NCBI GenBank assembly: GCA_017991415.1
Contig: JAGOQR010000002.1
Coordinates: 97,109-161,108, forward strand
Source: Candidatus Magasanikiibacteriota bacterium
Lineage (GTDB): Bacteria; Patescibacteriota; Patescibacteriia; Magasanikbacterales; GWA2-37-8
Length of the DNA stretch: 64,000 nucleotides
Reading direction: 5' to 3'
Below are positions 9,983 to 18,973 of this stretch, one piece after another. Within the stretch, counting starts at the first letter, position 1. Every line of letters starts with the position of its first letter. The position numbers were made by a program, and so were the translations under genes. A model generated the notes under the pieces. The model saw only the letters and a list, made by a program, of their open reading frames with translations. It was not told the origin of the DNA and did not search any database.

Positions 9983-10642
9983 ATGAAAATAGAAACCATT
10001 AGTAATTTTTCTAAACCTTTGACTATACAAGCAAACAAACAAGTTTGTTATTTTTTAAATACTATTCCGAGCGTTCAAATACATCTTAAGAAAAATTCTC
10101 ACCTGACCCTGATAGCTTTAGTAACGGACGGATGGGAGGACGAACGCAAACTTGCTATTAATACTCAAGAGCGTGGCGCCACGTGCCAACTGATTGTTTT
10201 TATTCTAGGTAAAAACAACACAACATATACTGCTAAGATACAAGGAATTCATCATGCTCCCGGCACTGGTATTAAAGCAAAAATACGCACCGCCCTAACT
10301 GACAAATCCACCTGCCGCATTGATGGCGATTGGGTAATAGAAAAAAAAGCAAAAGGCACTGATACTCATTTTGCAGCCCATACACTTATACTTTCCGAAG
10401 AGGCAGCGGCCAAAACTTCACCAAATTTAGAAATTAAAACAGATGATGTAAAGGCTGGGCACTCAGCTAGTGTAGGCAAAATCGATGAAGACGCATTATT
10501 CTACCTCCTCTCTCGTGGTATCGATGAGGCAGGCGCTCGGGCGCTTATGGTGCAAGGATTTTTTGAGACTGAAATAAATCATGTCGCAGACGAAAATACC
10601 AAAGAAATTATTCGTGAAGCAATCAAAAAATTTCTTTCTTAA
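9983..10642 (+). CDS. sufD: SufD-like Fe-S assembly protein (short form)
   Basis: C-terminal SufBD motif GHSASVGKIDEDALFYLLSRGIDEAGARALMVQGF. Position between sufB and sufS. Only 219 aa, shorter than canonical SufD. Confidence 0.7.
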   Translation: MKIETISNFSKPLTIQANKQVCYFLNTIPSVQIHLKKNSHLTLIALVTDGWEDERKLAINTQERGATCQLIVFILGKNNTTYTAKIQGIHHAPGTGIKAKIRTALTDKSTCRIDGDWVIEKKAKGTDTHFAAHTLILSEEAAAKTSPNLEIKTDDVKAGHSASVGKIDEDALFYLLSRGIDEAGARALMVQGFFETEINHVADENTKEIIREAIKKFLS

Positions 10643-10645
10643 CTT

Positions 10646-11863
10646 ATGAAAAATTTTAAAAAAGACTTCCCTATTCTTACACGAAAAATCAATAACAAAC
10701 CATTGGTTTATTTAGATAATGCTTCAACTACCCAAAAACCTCGGGCCATGCTTGCCGCATTACAAAAATTTTATACGACCAGCAATGCCAACATTCACCG
10801 CGGCATCCACACTCTATCCGAAGAAGCAACTGCTCAGTACGAAAATACTAGAAAAAAAATTGCCTCATTTATTGGAGCCTCGGTAGCGGAAGAAATAATT
10901 TTTACCAAAAATTGCACGGAGTCCATAAACTGCATTGCTTTTTCTTGGGGAGAACAAAATATTAATGCGGGTGATGAAATCATCATCAGCGCTTTGGAAC
11001 ACCACGCCAACCTAATACCTTGGCAAGAATTAACCAAAAAGAAAAAAGCTACTCTAAAGGTTATCCCGCTAACTACAGACCTAACGCTTGATTTGGATTC
11101 TTATCAAAAACTACTCTCTCATAAAACTAAATTAGTTTGTATTACATCCCAATCCAACGTAACAGGCACCATAAATCCAATTAAAAAAATTGCAGATCTG
11201 GCCCATGCCGCAGGTGCAAAAGTATTAATAGACGGAGCCCAAAGTGCTGGCCATTCCCCTATCAATCTCCGTGATATTAATTGTGATTTTTTTGTTTTTT
11301 CTGCACACAAGATGATGGGGCCAACCGGTGTTGGGGTTTTGTATATCAAGAAAGAAACCATGGCAGGCATGCCACCGTTTATGTATGGTGGCGAAATGGT
11401 AGAATCAGTTAACCAAGAAACTGCCTCTTATCGCTCTGGGCCTTGGAAATTTGAAGCTGGCACACCTAATATTGCCGATGTTGTTGCCTTTGGCGCGAGC
11501 ATAGACTATATAAACAGTATTGGTCTAAAAAATATAGACAGCCATAGCCGCACGCTACTTGCCTACGCAAAAAAGGTTTTTGGTAAATATAATAAAATTA
11601 AAATATTTTCTCCTCCTCATAATTCCGAGGCAGGGCCTGTTTTATCTTTTTCTATTAACGGCGTACACCCACACGACATAGCCACTATATTTAACAACGA
11701 AGGTGTAGCTATACGCTCTGGACTGCACTGCGCCGAACCACTCATGAACCAACTTGGCGTAAACGGCACAGCCCGAATGAGCTTCTATATATATAATACA
11801 AAAAAAGATATAGATGTGGCAGAAAAAGCTTTAAAAAAGGTATTAAAAATATTTAAAATCTAA
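10646..11863 (+). CDS. sufS: Cysteine desulfurase SufS (PLP-dependent)
   Basis: LDNASTTQKP and HRGIHTLSEEAT at the N-terminus. Class-V aminotransferase with the PLP lysine region SAHKMMGPTGVGVLY. Active-site Cys in RSGLHCAEP. Confidence 0.9.
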   Translation: MKNFKKDFPILTRKINNKPLVYLDNASTTQKPRAMLAALQKFYTTSNANIHRGIHTLSEEATAQYENTRKKIASFIGASVAEEIIFTKNCTESINCIAFSWGEQNINAGDEIIISALEHHANLIPWQELTKKKKATLKVIPLTTDLTLDLDSYQKLLSHKTKLVCITSQSNVTGTINPIKKIADLAHAAGAKVLIDGAQSAGHSPINLRDINCDFFVFSAHKMMGPTGVGVLYIKKETMAGMPPFMYGGEMVESVNQETASYRSGPWKFEAGTPNIADVVAFGASIDYINSIGLKNIDSHSRTLLAYAKKVFGKYNKIKIFSPPHNSEAGPVLSFSINGVHPHDIATIFNNEGVAIRSGLHCAEPLMNQLGVNGTARMSFYIYNTKKDIDVAEKALKKVLKIFKI

Positions 11864-12229
11864 ATGGATATATACACCGAGACAATTCTCGATCATTATC
11901 AAAACCCTCACCACGCAGGCGCGCTTAGCGACCCCACAAACTCCACCACCGAATACAACCCCTTATGCGGAGACACTATTAAAATTGATTTAAAAATAAA
12001 AAATAGCACTATCACTCAAGTTGGTTTTGTTGGTAATGGCTGCGCTATTAGTCAAGCTGCTATGTCTATGCTAGCAGACCAAATAGAGGGCAAAAAGATT
12101 TCTTCTATAAAAAAAATAAAACCAAAAACTATATACGACCTACTTGGAGTTACCATTAGCCCAGGTAGAACAAAATGCGCCTTACTTGGTTTAAGCGCTC
12201 TACAAAAACTAATTAACAAACATGAGTAA
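11864..12229 (+). CDS. sufU: SufU/IscU-family Fe-S scaffold or sulfur-transfer protein
   Basis: NPLCGD...GNGCAISQAAMS...KCALL cysteine triad pattern of the NifU-like N-terminal domain. Confidence 0.8.
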   Translation: MDIYTETILDHYQNPHHAGALSDPTNSTTEYNPLCGDTIKIDLKIKNSTITQVGFVGNGCAISQAAMSMLADQIEGKKISSIKKIKPKTIYDLLGVTISPGRTKCALLGLSALQKLINKHE

Positions 12230-12542
12230 AATAATCCCAACACCACCCGAAGAGCGCACCCAAAAATATTGGGATTCGCTTAATAATATTATAGACCCAG
12301 AAATTGGTATTGGTATTATTGATCTTGGACTCGTCTATGCTATAGAAATAAAAAATAGCACTGCCTTAGTTACTATGACCTTTACCAGTATGGGCTGCCC
12401 AGCTGGACCAAGTCTTATCGAGCAAATAAAAGAAGAGATGGAAAAATTACCTAAAATAAAAAAAGTAAAAATAACAATTGTTTGGGACCCAATCTGGACC
12501 GTTGATCGAATAAACCCCGATGTTCGAGAAATGCTCCCCTAA
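12222..12542 (+). CDS. sufT: SufT/DUF59 (MIP18-family) Fe-S cluster assembly protein
   Basis: DPEIGIGIIDLGLVY...TFTSMGCPAGP motif is typical of DUF59/PaaD-like proteins found at the end of suf operons. Confidence 0.7.
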   Translation: MSKIIPTPPEERTQKYWDSLNNIIDPEIGIGIIDLGLVYAIEIKNSTALVTMTFTSMGCPAGPSLIEQIKEEMEKLPKIKKVKITIVWDPIWTVDRINPDVREMLP

Positions 12543-13198
12543 CCTTTGGCTAACACCATACCCCAAACAGTTTTAACACCAGCATTTTTAAGAACTTTGG
12601 CACACTCTTGCATCGTAGAACCTGTTGTAAAAACATCGTCTATAAGCAAAACTTTTTTTGGAATAGAATTATTATCACTAAAAACAAAAGCTTCATTTAA
12701 ATTTTTTCTTCTTTCTTCACCAGATAGCTTGGCTTGTTGTTTGGTATACATTTTTCGAAATAAACGCTGACAAATAGGAAGCTCTAATTTTTCAGAAAAT
12801 AAATTAGCAATATATTCCGCCTGATTAAACCCTCGCTCACGCTCACGACGGGGATGTAACGGCACGGACATAATCACAAAACCGTCTAATTTTGGATAAC
12901 CAGAAACACCTACAATCAGCTGGCGCAACTCAACGAGCACCTCAGTTATATATTTATATTTTAACATTTTCAATAATTCTGAAACTGGGTTTTCTCCATA
13001 ACTAAAAAAGGCAGTTAGGCCGTCCAAATAAGATTTGCCTTCTACTGCCTCTAATGCAAAATTTTCTGCGGTAGTATTTTTAGGAAAACATGCCTGACAC
13101 AACCAGGTTCCTTCGGCTTTACAACTAACACAGTATGTTGGAAATAATAAATCCTTTAGCCACGCCAGAGTTCTGCCCATAGCGCTCATTAATTCCAA
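12539..13198 (-). CDS. comF: ComF family protein (phosphoribosyltransferase-domain competence protein)
   Basis: N-terminal Cys-rich finger (CVSCKAEGTWLCQAC). C-terminal PRTase motif VLLIDDVFTTGSTM. Confidence 0.8.
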   Translation of the reverse strand: MELMSAMGRTLAWLKDLLFPTYCVSCKAEGTWLCQACFPKNTTAENFALEAVEGKSYLDGLTAFFSYGENPVSELLKMLKYKYITEVLVELRQLIVGVSGYPKLDGFVIMSVPLHPRRERERGFNQAEYIANLFSEKLELPICQRLFRKMYTKQQAKLSGEERRKNLNEAFVFSDNNSIPKKVLLIDDVFTTGSTMQECAKVLKNAGVKTVWGMVLAKG

Positions 13199-13773
13199 GT
13201 CAGCTTATCAGCCAACCAAACCCCACTCTCTTTAACCATTTCGACTGTCACATTTTGATAGCGATTAGTAATTACTCCGTTTTTATCTTCCGTTCTCATG
13301 GTCTTCAAACTAACAGTTGCCTTATCAGCAGACCAGCTTACTAAATCGATGCTCATAACTTTGGTAGTAAGACCCAAAAATGTCTGATTTGTATTTTTTG
13401 TATTAAGACCTGTACTAATTCTAGACCACAACGATTTGGTTACCAAAGATTGAGACTCGACAATGTTTTGTCCATTATTATCAGTGGAATAGGTGCCGTA
13501 ACGCTCTATAAATATTTTTGAAAGCTGCTCAACTGCATTTTTTTCAACCTCTTCTGAAGAAGGTTGCTTAACAGAAACCCCCGCTGGTATTTCTGTAGCT
13601 ACCTGACCAATAGACAGATCATTATTTTGGTTATTATTAACATTTACATCCGTAGAAACATCTGTTATTTGCGTAGTTTTATTTTTATTTCTTACTATCA
13701 AAAATATACTTATAGCGAGTACTAAAAACACTACTACGCTGATGATAAAGAAAATTCGAGCACGAAGTGACAT
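13189..13773 (-). CDS. Bitopic membrane protein (N-terminal TM, Q/N-rich linker, C-terminal globular domain); possible VirB8-like component
   Basis: A single N-terminal hydrophobic helix is followed by a roughly 150-aa domain. It lies next to the VirB4-like gene. No diagnostic motif. The VirB8-like role is inference from topology and context. Confidence 0.35.
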   Translation of the reverse strand: MSLRARIFFIISVVVFLVLAISIFLIVRNKNKTTQITDVSTDVNVNNNQNNDLSIGQVATEIPAGVSVKQPSSEEVEKNAVEQLSKIFIERYGTYSTDNNGQNIVESQSLVTKSLWSRISTGLNTKNTNQTFLGLTTKVMSIDLVSWSADKATVSLKTMRTEDKNGVITNRYQNVTVEMVKESGVWLADKLTWN

Positions 13774-13797
13774 ATTATATAGTAGATTAAATACTAA

Positions 13798-15669
13798 TTA
13801 CTGTGTTTGTTTTTCAAATTCTTTTTTAGAACGCTCTATCTCTAAGAGCTGCTCTGGATTAGTAGTAACTAATTGATCCTCGGTATAGGAAGCAACAACC
13901 TTAATGGCCGCATGCTTATTACCAGCAAAGAAAATACCTTCCCCCACTCCACTCTCTAATAATAAGTATTTTTCTCCTTCTGTAAGAATAAATACTTTTT
14001 GCACCAAATCAATGGCTGCTGGAGACTGACGCAACAACAATTGCAAAGCAGAGTTAGTCACAATCGCTTGGCCGTACTGAGATTTAAGAAAATCGTTTAC
14101 ATCCTGAGTAATAGTTGTGACACCAAGATAATATTTACGGGCTCGTTTAACAAGCGCAAAAATAAACCTAGCACTATCTTCATGCTGCATCAACCACCAG
14201 GCCTCGTCGATCACCAGGATTCTTTTTTTACGCTCAGAACGAACTACATTCCAAATGTAATTTATAATTGCATAAATTGCCATTGGACGTAGCTCATCCT
14301 CCAAATCACGGACACTGAAAACTACTAACTGATTTTTCATGTCCACATTAGTTGGCGAGTTGAAAAGTCCGCTAAACGTACCTTCAGTATATTTTTTTAA
14401 TCGCAAGACCAAATCTCCAGAACCTTCCATACCTTCTAAAATTTCTTGCAGGTCTTGGATTATTGGCGGCTGCACCAGGCTTAAGTCAGCTTCGGGAGTA
14501 ATATCTTTTTTGGCATACGTTTCAATGAGAGCCCGATCTATAATCGAGTCTTGCTCCGTAGTAAGATTGCCCAACATAATGCGCAGCAAACCTTTGACAG
14601 TTATGACTGCTCCACGAATAATGTCTTCGGTAGAAAAATCTTCGCCACCAGTAGGTCTTGGTAAATCAAAAGGGTTTACCTTACTTTCTGAAGAAAGAGA
14701 GATATTAATATATGTTCCTCCAACAGCGTCGGCTAAATGCTTGTACTCCATTTCAGGGTCAATCACAATTACATCTACACCCATCATCATAGAACGTAAA
14801 ATTTCTAGTTTTATGGTATAACTTTTTCCCGCACCAGATGTAGCAAACACGGCCATATTAGCATTCTGGAGAGAAAATCTATCAAATAAAATAAGGCTGT
14901 TGTTGTGGCGATTAACGCCATACAAAATTCCATCATCGGAGGTAAGTTCGGCAGAAGTGAACGGAAACGAAGCTGCAATTGGCGAAGAATTAAGATTGAA
15001 CGAGACCATAAGCTCGTCGTTAGCGAGTGGTAACGTAGAATTAAACCCTTGCTCTGCCTGATACAAAACTTTACGACTAGTAATTAGCTTGGAGCCAAAA
15101 ATATTTTCAACATCTTCCGAAGTTTGATCAAGTTCTTCTTTAGTTTTGGCATACAAAGTGACATAAAAAGCAAACTGAAAGAAATGCTCTATGCCCTGGG
15201 TAAGATCGTCGCGCAGCTGCTCTATGTCGCGCAACGCTGTTTCACGGACCGGATCACGCGGCGCTCCTTTTTCGGAATCAGCGGTGAGCTGAGCTTCCAA
15301 GGCACCTACTTTATTTCTTAATTGCTTTAAAATTACAGCGGATTTTACAGGATAAAAAAACATACTCACATCCATAGTAATGGACAAGTTGAGCACTGGA
15401 GAGCTCCAACCAATAGAAATATACCTTGGATATGTCACGATAAAAATAGTGCGACAAAAAATATCTCCTAATTTTACAAAGTTTGATTCTACATTAAAGG
15501 CAGATGGCGCTAACAAATCTTTGATGGAAACCGTGCCCTCACGATACACCCGCTCCTCTTCCAGGGTTACGAGCTCCTCGGTTGATTTTTTAGCAATTTC
15601 CTCTTCTTTACTTGCCAAGACTCCCTTTTGTTTTACAGAGCCTGTGGCAAATTTTGGTTTAAAAGCCAT
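13798..15669 (-). CDS. VirB4/TraC/PrgJ-like type IV secretion or conjugation ATPase
   Basis: Walker A AVFATSGAGKSYT. Walker B with the VirB4-family signature RILVIDEAWWLM (DEAW). Size 623 aa. Adjacent PrgI/VirB3-like gene. Confidence 0.8.
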   Translation of the reverse strand: MAFKPKFATGSVKQKGVLASKEEEIAKKSTEELVTLEEERVYREGTVSIKDLLAPSAFNVESNFVKLGDIFCRTIFIVTYPRYISIGWSSPVLNLSITMDVSMFFYPVKSAVILKQLRNKVGALEAQLTADSEKGAPRDPVRETALRDIEQLRDDLTQGIEHFFQFAFYVTLYAKTKEELDQTSEDVENIFGSKLITSRKVLYQAEQGFNSTLPLANDELMVSFNLNSSPIAASFPFTSAELTSDDGILYGVNRHNNSLILFDRFSLQNANMAVFATSGAGKSYTIKLEILRSMMMGVDVIVIDPEMEYKHLADAVGGTYINISLSSESKVNPFDLPRPTGGEDFSTEDIIRGAVITVKGLLRIMLGNLTTEQDSIIDRALIETYAKKDITPEADLSLVQPPIIQDLQEILEGMEGSGDLVLRLKKYTEGTFSGLFNSPTNVDMKNQLVVFSVRDLEDELRPMAIYAIINYIWNVVRSERKKRILVIDEAWWLMQHEDSARFIFALVKRARKYYLGVTTITQDVNDFLKSQYGQAIVTNSALQLLLRQSPAAIDLVQKVFILTEGEKYLLLESGVGEGIFFAGNKHAAIKVVASYTEDQLVTTNPEQLLEIERSKKEFEKQTQ

Positions 15670-15710
15670 ACAAATTTTTAAATCCTAAATCGTATTTGTT
15701 AAAGTTAGCC

Positions 15711-16388
15711 TTATTCAACGCGCAAATCACTCACAGCGGGCATATGCTCGCTAAAGGCGATGTCTGGATTATAGGTAGAATAAAATAGTTCGATAAGTGA
15801 TTGGGTATCTAATCGCACTACCTCTAAATTCATACTGGTAAGGCCAGACTCAATCTGTCGCACTCTCATATCCAGGTCATGTTTACGCAACTGAAACCGT
15901 TCGTCTTTGAGTTTAATGGTAACGGCTGGGTTAATAACTTCTTTTATCCTAGACCAAAAGCCTCTCTTTTTATTGGAAAGCGGGTCGTAAGGAACCACCA
16001 CAAAGAACTGCTTACTCATAATATTTCCCAAACTTACCAATTCTGAAACAAAAGATCTGTAATCAGCAATCTGAACGCGTAATAATTCATTGGTTTGCTC
16101 TCGTTCTTTTTTTAATAATTTTTCTAAATACGGCTTAATATATAGTTGGCGTGACTGCACCAAAATCTGCAAAGGAAAATCAATGCCGTTTAAAAAAGAA
16201 ACATACGAAGATACTATCGCATTTTGTTCATCTTCGTTTTTTAAAGCAAAATTAATGCTAGAAACCAAAAGCACCGCTCGCAATGTGCCATCTTTCATTA
16301 CCACTGTATCAAACTTTACTTCTGCAAATGGCAAATGACTCTGCGCGCTTGGTACTTTTATTTTTTTAGTTTTTGGTTTTTCTTCCAT
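15711..16388 (-). CDS. hypothetical protein within the T4SS-like cluster
   Basis: 225-aa ORF tightly packed between the PrgI-like and VirB4-like genes. No motif recognised. Confidence 0.4.
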   Translation of the reverse strand: MEEKPKTKKIKVPSAQSHLPFAEVKFDTVVMKDGTLRAVLLVSSINFALKNEDEQNAIVSSYVSFLNGIDFPLQILVQSRQLYIKPYLEKLLKKEREQTNELLRVQIADYRSFVSELVSLGNIMSKQFFVVVPYDPLSNKKRGFWSRIKEVINPAVTIKLKDERFQLRKHDLDMRVRQIESGLTSMNLEVVRLDTQSLIELFYSTYNPDIAFSEHMPAVSDLRVE

Positions 16389-16415
16389 ACGCTATATATG
16401 TAACTAATACCATAA

Positions 16416-16850
16416 CTACCTCGGTTCATTTCCAGAATAGTAGCCGCCTGTATTAACTATTAACGATAAATCTCTAATCCGACTATACGACATTCGAGGT
16501 ACTTCTTTTGCCATTTCAACAACTTCTACCTTACCTAGGCTTATTGAATCTTGTAACTCAGCTTTACTAAATGTTTTATACCAAATTCTACGACTTGGCC
16601 TCCGTACTGTTTGAATAATATTAAGCAAAAAATAATGAAAAGGCTGTCCGTTAACTTTTACAAAAGCGAGTACAAGAGCCAAACCGCCAATAAGCGCTGC
16701 TAAAAAAATAAACAAAGCTGTGTCCGCTAATTTAAAAGCAATAAATAAAATAAGGCCTGCTACCAATAAAATAATAAACTGCCTGGTAGTTATAGGACCA
16801 AAAATTTTATCTTCCACTTCAATAAATTGCGGCACTACGAACTGATCCAT
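16416..16850 (-). CDS. PrgI/VirB3-like small membrane protein
   Basis: 144 aa with two adjacent TM helices (FIILLVAGLILFIAF...LFIFLAALIGGLALVLAF). It sits immediately upstream of the VirB4-like ATPase, as VirB3/PrgI homologues do. Confidence 0.55.
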   Translation of the reverse strand: MDQFVVPQFIEVEDKIFGPITTRQFIILLVAGLILFIAFKLADTALFIFLAALIGGLALVLAFVKVNGQPFHYFLLNIIQTVRRPSRRIWYKTFSKAELQDSISLGKVEVVEMAKEVPRMSYSRIRDLSLIVNTGGYYSGNEPR

Positions 16851-16864
16851 ATTGACAAATTACA

Positions 16865-17980
16865 CTATAAATCTTTTTCCATTTCAATTATTGCCATTAC
16901 CTCTGTTAATTTTATACTATTTTTTGTACTAAGTACATTGGCTAGTGTTTTTCTTTCAACAAGCGACTGAGAAACTGCAGCCATATACTCTAAATAAAGG
17001 GGCGAATTATGATAGGCAGCAATACCGTCTAAGTACCAAACAAAAGATTCGTCTTTTAGATTAGACATTTTTTGATACAATCTCTTGGCAGCTTCTTCTG
17101 GATTACTTGATAACCTTCTAAATTCTTCGAGGGTTATTGATCTAAACTCTTCAACAGGCCCCATTTCAACATCGGCTGGAGCAGACACGTCCTGCATAAC
17201 AGGTCGAACAGCTGACTTATTACTAATCTTAAATATTGGCTCACTGGCGATACTTTCATTAATTATTTTTGAAATAATTTGGTGACCTGCATTTTTGTCC
17301 ACCACAACCGCAGACGTGCTATTTTTTACTGGAGCAGTATTCTGCACTGGAATAACCATTGGTAATTCTGGTGGCTCTACCATAAGTGCCATATTGCGCG
17401 ACTTACCTTTTAGGACAACGGTGTCTGAATGCGACTCTTTGGGACTAGAATTATTTGCACCAAGCACTTCATGACAAACCGTAATTACTTTTTCTACTTG
17501 CACCTGCGACAAACCAATACCTCCGTTTTTTGTTGGACGTATCAATGCTTCTTTTACCTCTTCTTCGCTTTTAATATCTTTGAGTCTGGCCAAAACAAGG
17601 CTTTTGAGGCGGCCTTGCAGATCTGTAGCTACCCCAAAACCAATTTTTCTTATCACCTCTTCTACTTGGCCATCGCGTTTTACACTTGTAAGCGATGCTT
17701 GGCTTTTGATCGGCATTTTTTCTTCAAGCGGTGAACGAGCATCCTCTCGGGTTAATTTTTTATGTTGAGATGCGCCGCTATTTTGGTTAGAGGTATTTTT
17801 TATTTCAATCGTCGTTTTGTTCATTACTTGATTTGGTGATGAATTACTAACAGCAGCTGACGCAACCACCTTTCCTACCTCTTGCTGTTTTTTTTCTGCT
17901 TGAATTTTTTTAAATTCGCTAAGAGTAACTTTGGTAAAAGTTCCATCTGGTTTTTTAATTGTCATCATTGGTTCTGCCAT
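16865..17980 (-). CDS. hypothetical low-complexity protein (T4SS-like cluster)
   Basis: 371-aa ORF rich in S/N/K/E. No recognisable catalytic motif. Confidence 0.4.
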   Translation of the reverse strand: MAEPMMTIKKPDGTFTKVTLSEFKKIQAEKKQQEVGKVVASAAVSNSSPNQVMNKTTIEIKNTSNQNSGASQHKKLTREDARSPLEEKMPIKSQASLTSVKRDGQVEEVIRKIGFGVATDLQGRLKSLVLARLKDIKSEEEVKEALIRPTKNGGIGLSQVQVEKVITVCHEVLGANNSSPKESHSDTVVLKGKSRNMALMVEPPELPMVIPVQNTAPVKNSTSAVVVDKNAGHQIISKIINESIASEPIFKISNKSAVRPVMQDVSAPADVEMGPVEEFRSITLEEFRRLSSNPEEAAKRLYQKMSNLKDESFVWYLDGIAAYHNSPLYLEYMAAVSQSLVERKTLANVLSTKNSIKLTEVMAIIEMEKDL

Positions 17981-17995
17981 ATAACTATTACTTTA

Positions 17996-18973
17996 TTACT
18001 CTTTCCATTTAAATTTATCGTCTTCTTCGTCATAATAAATCATGTCAGCAATTTTTGGATCATTATACATTTCGGTAAACTCCTCCAACTTGCGCATTAC
18101 CCCCTCTATATTTTCAAAATTTCCCTCTGCGTCTTTTTTAAACTCGGATTCTATTTGTGATTTTATTTCTTGAGGGGTTAGGGGTTCTTCACTACTACCA
18201 ACAACCACATCAGACTCCGAATCAACGGGGCTTTCTTCGGGCAACAACTGCTCAATTGTAATATTTTCTATTTCGTCAGCCTGATCTGCTGATGGCAGAG
18301 TTTGATTCTCCAACTGTTCCGGATTTAAAAATAAATCTACTACAAACCAAATTTTTTCAATATCTATTACTTGAAAAAATTCAATTAGTTCTAAAAATCT
18401 GTTTACACCTACATCTGGATCTGTGTATGTATAGATAAGAGCTTCTTTAGGAAAAAGAATTTGTCTTATTTTACTAATAAGCTCAGCTTCCTCTATAGAA
18501 GAGGCCCTTCTTTTTTGCATCAATATATACTCAGATACCAAATCTTTTAGTATTATTTTTTTTCCTTGCCATAATCCTAAAGACTCCTCGGATTGTAAAA
18601 ATGCCGTTTGAATCTTGAGATAAAAAGCTTGAGTATCCTGTTTATCTAAAGTTCGAAAACCTAAATACCACATCAATGATTCTAGAACAGAATAATTATT
18701 AAACAAAGCCATTGGTACTTGTTGAATAAAAGCGGTTATCACATCCTCTTTAGACAGAGAGTTCAGATTTTTCCAAGTTAGCTCTACATACCATTTCCAA
18801 TAAGTAAATTTAAAAGCCTCCCGCTGCTCTGCCGACACAACAGAAAAATAATCTCTCATTTCTTTCCAAAGGGAATTAGAGGTATTAATATCAGAAATAA
18901 TCCTCTGAAATTCAAGTTCTTTCTGTTTAACCTCTTCAATTGTTAAATTTTTTTTATCAAAAAACATATTCAA
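17996..18973 (-). CDS. hypothetical acidic protein (T4SS-like cluster)
   Basis: 325-aa ORF with a very acidic C-terminus. Tight spacing with neighbours: its stop at 17996 is 16 nt from the next start at 17980. Confidence 0.4.
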   Translation of the reverse strand: MNMFFDKKNLTIEEVKQKELEFQRIISDINTSNSLWKEMRDYFSVVSAEQREAFKFTYWKWYVELTWKNLNSLSKEDVITAFIQQVPMALFNNYSVLESLMWYLGFRTLDKQDTQAFYLKIQTAFLQSEESLGLWQGKKIILKDLVSEYILMQKRRASSIEEAELISKIRQILFPKEALIYTYTDPDVGVNRFLELIEFFQVIDIEKIWFVVDLFLNPEQLENQTLPSADQADEIENITIEQLLPEESPVDSESDVVVGSSEEPLTPQEIKSQIESEFKKDAEGNFENIEGVMRKLEEFTEMYNDPKIADMIYYDEEDDKFKWKE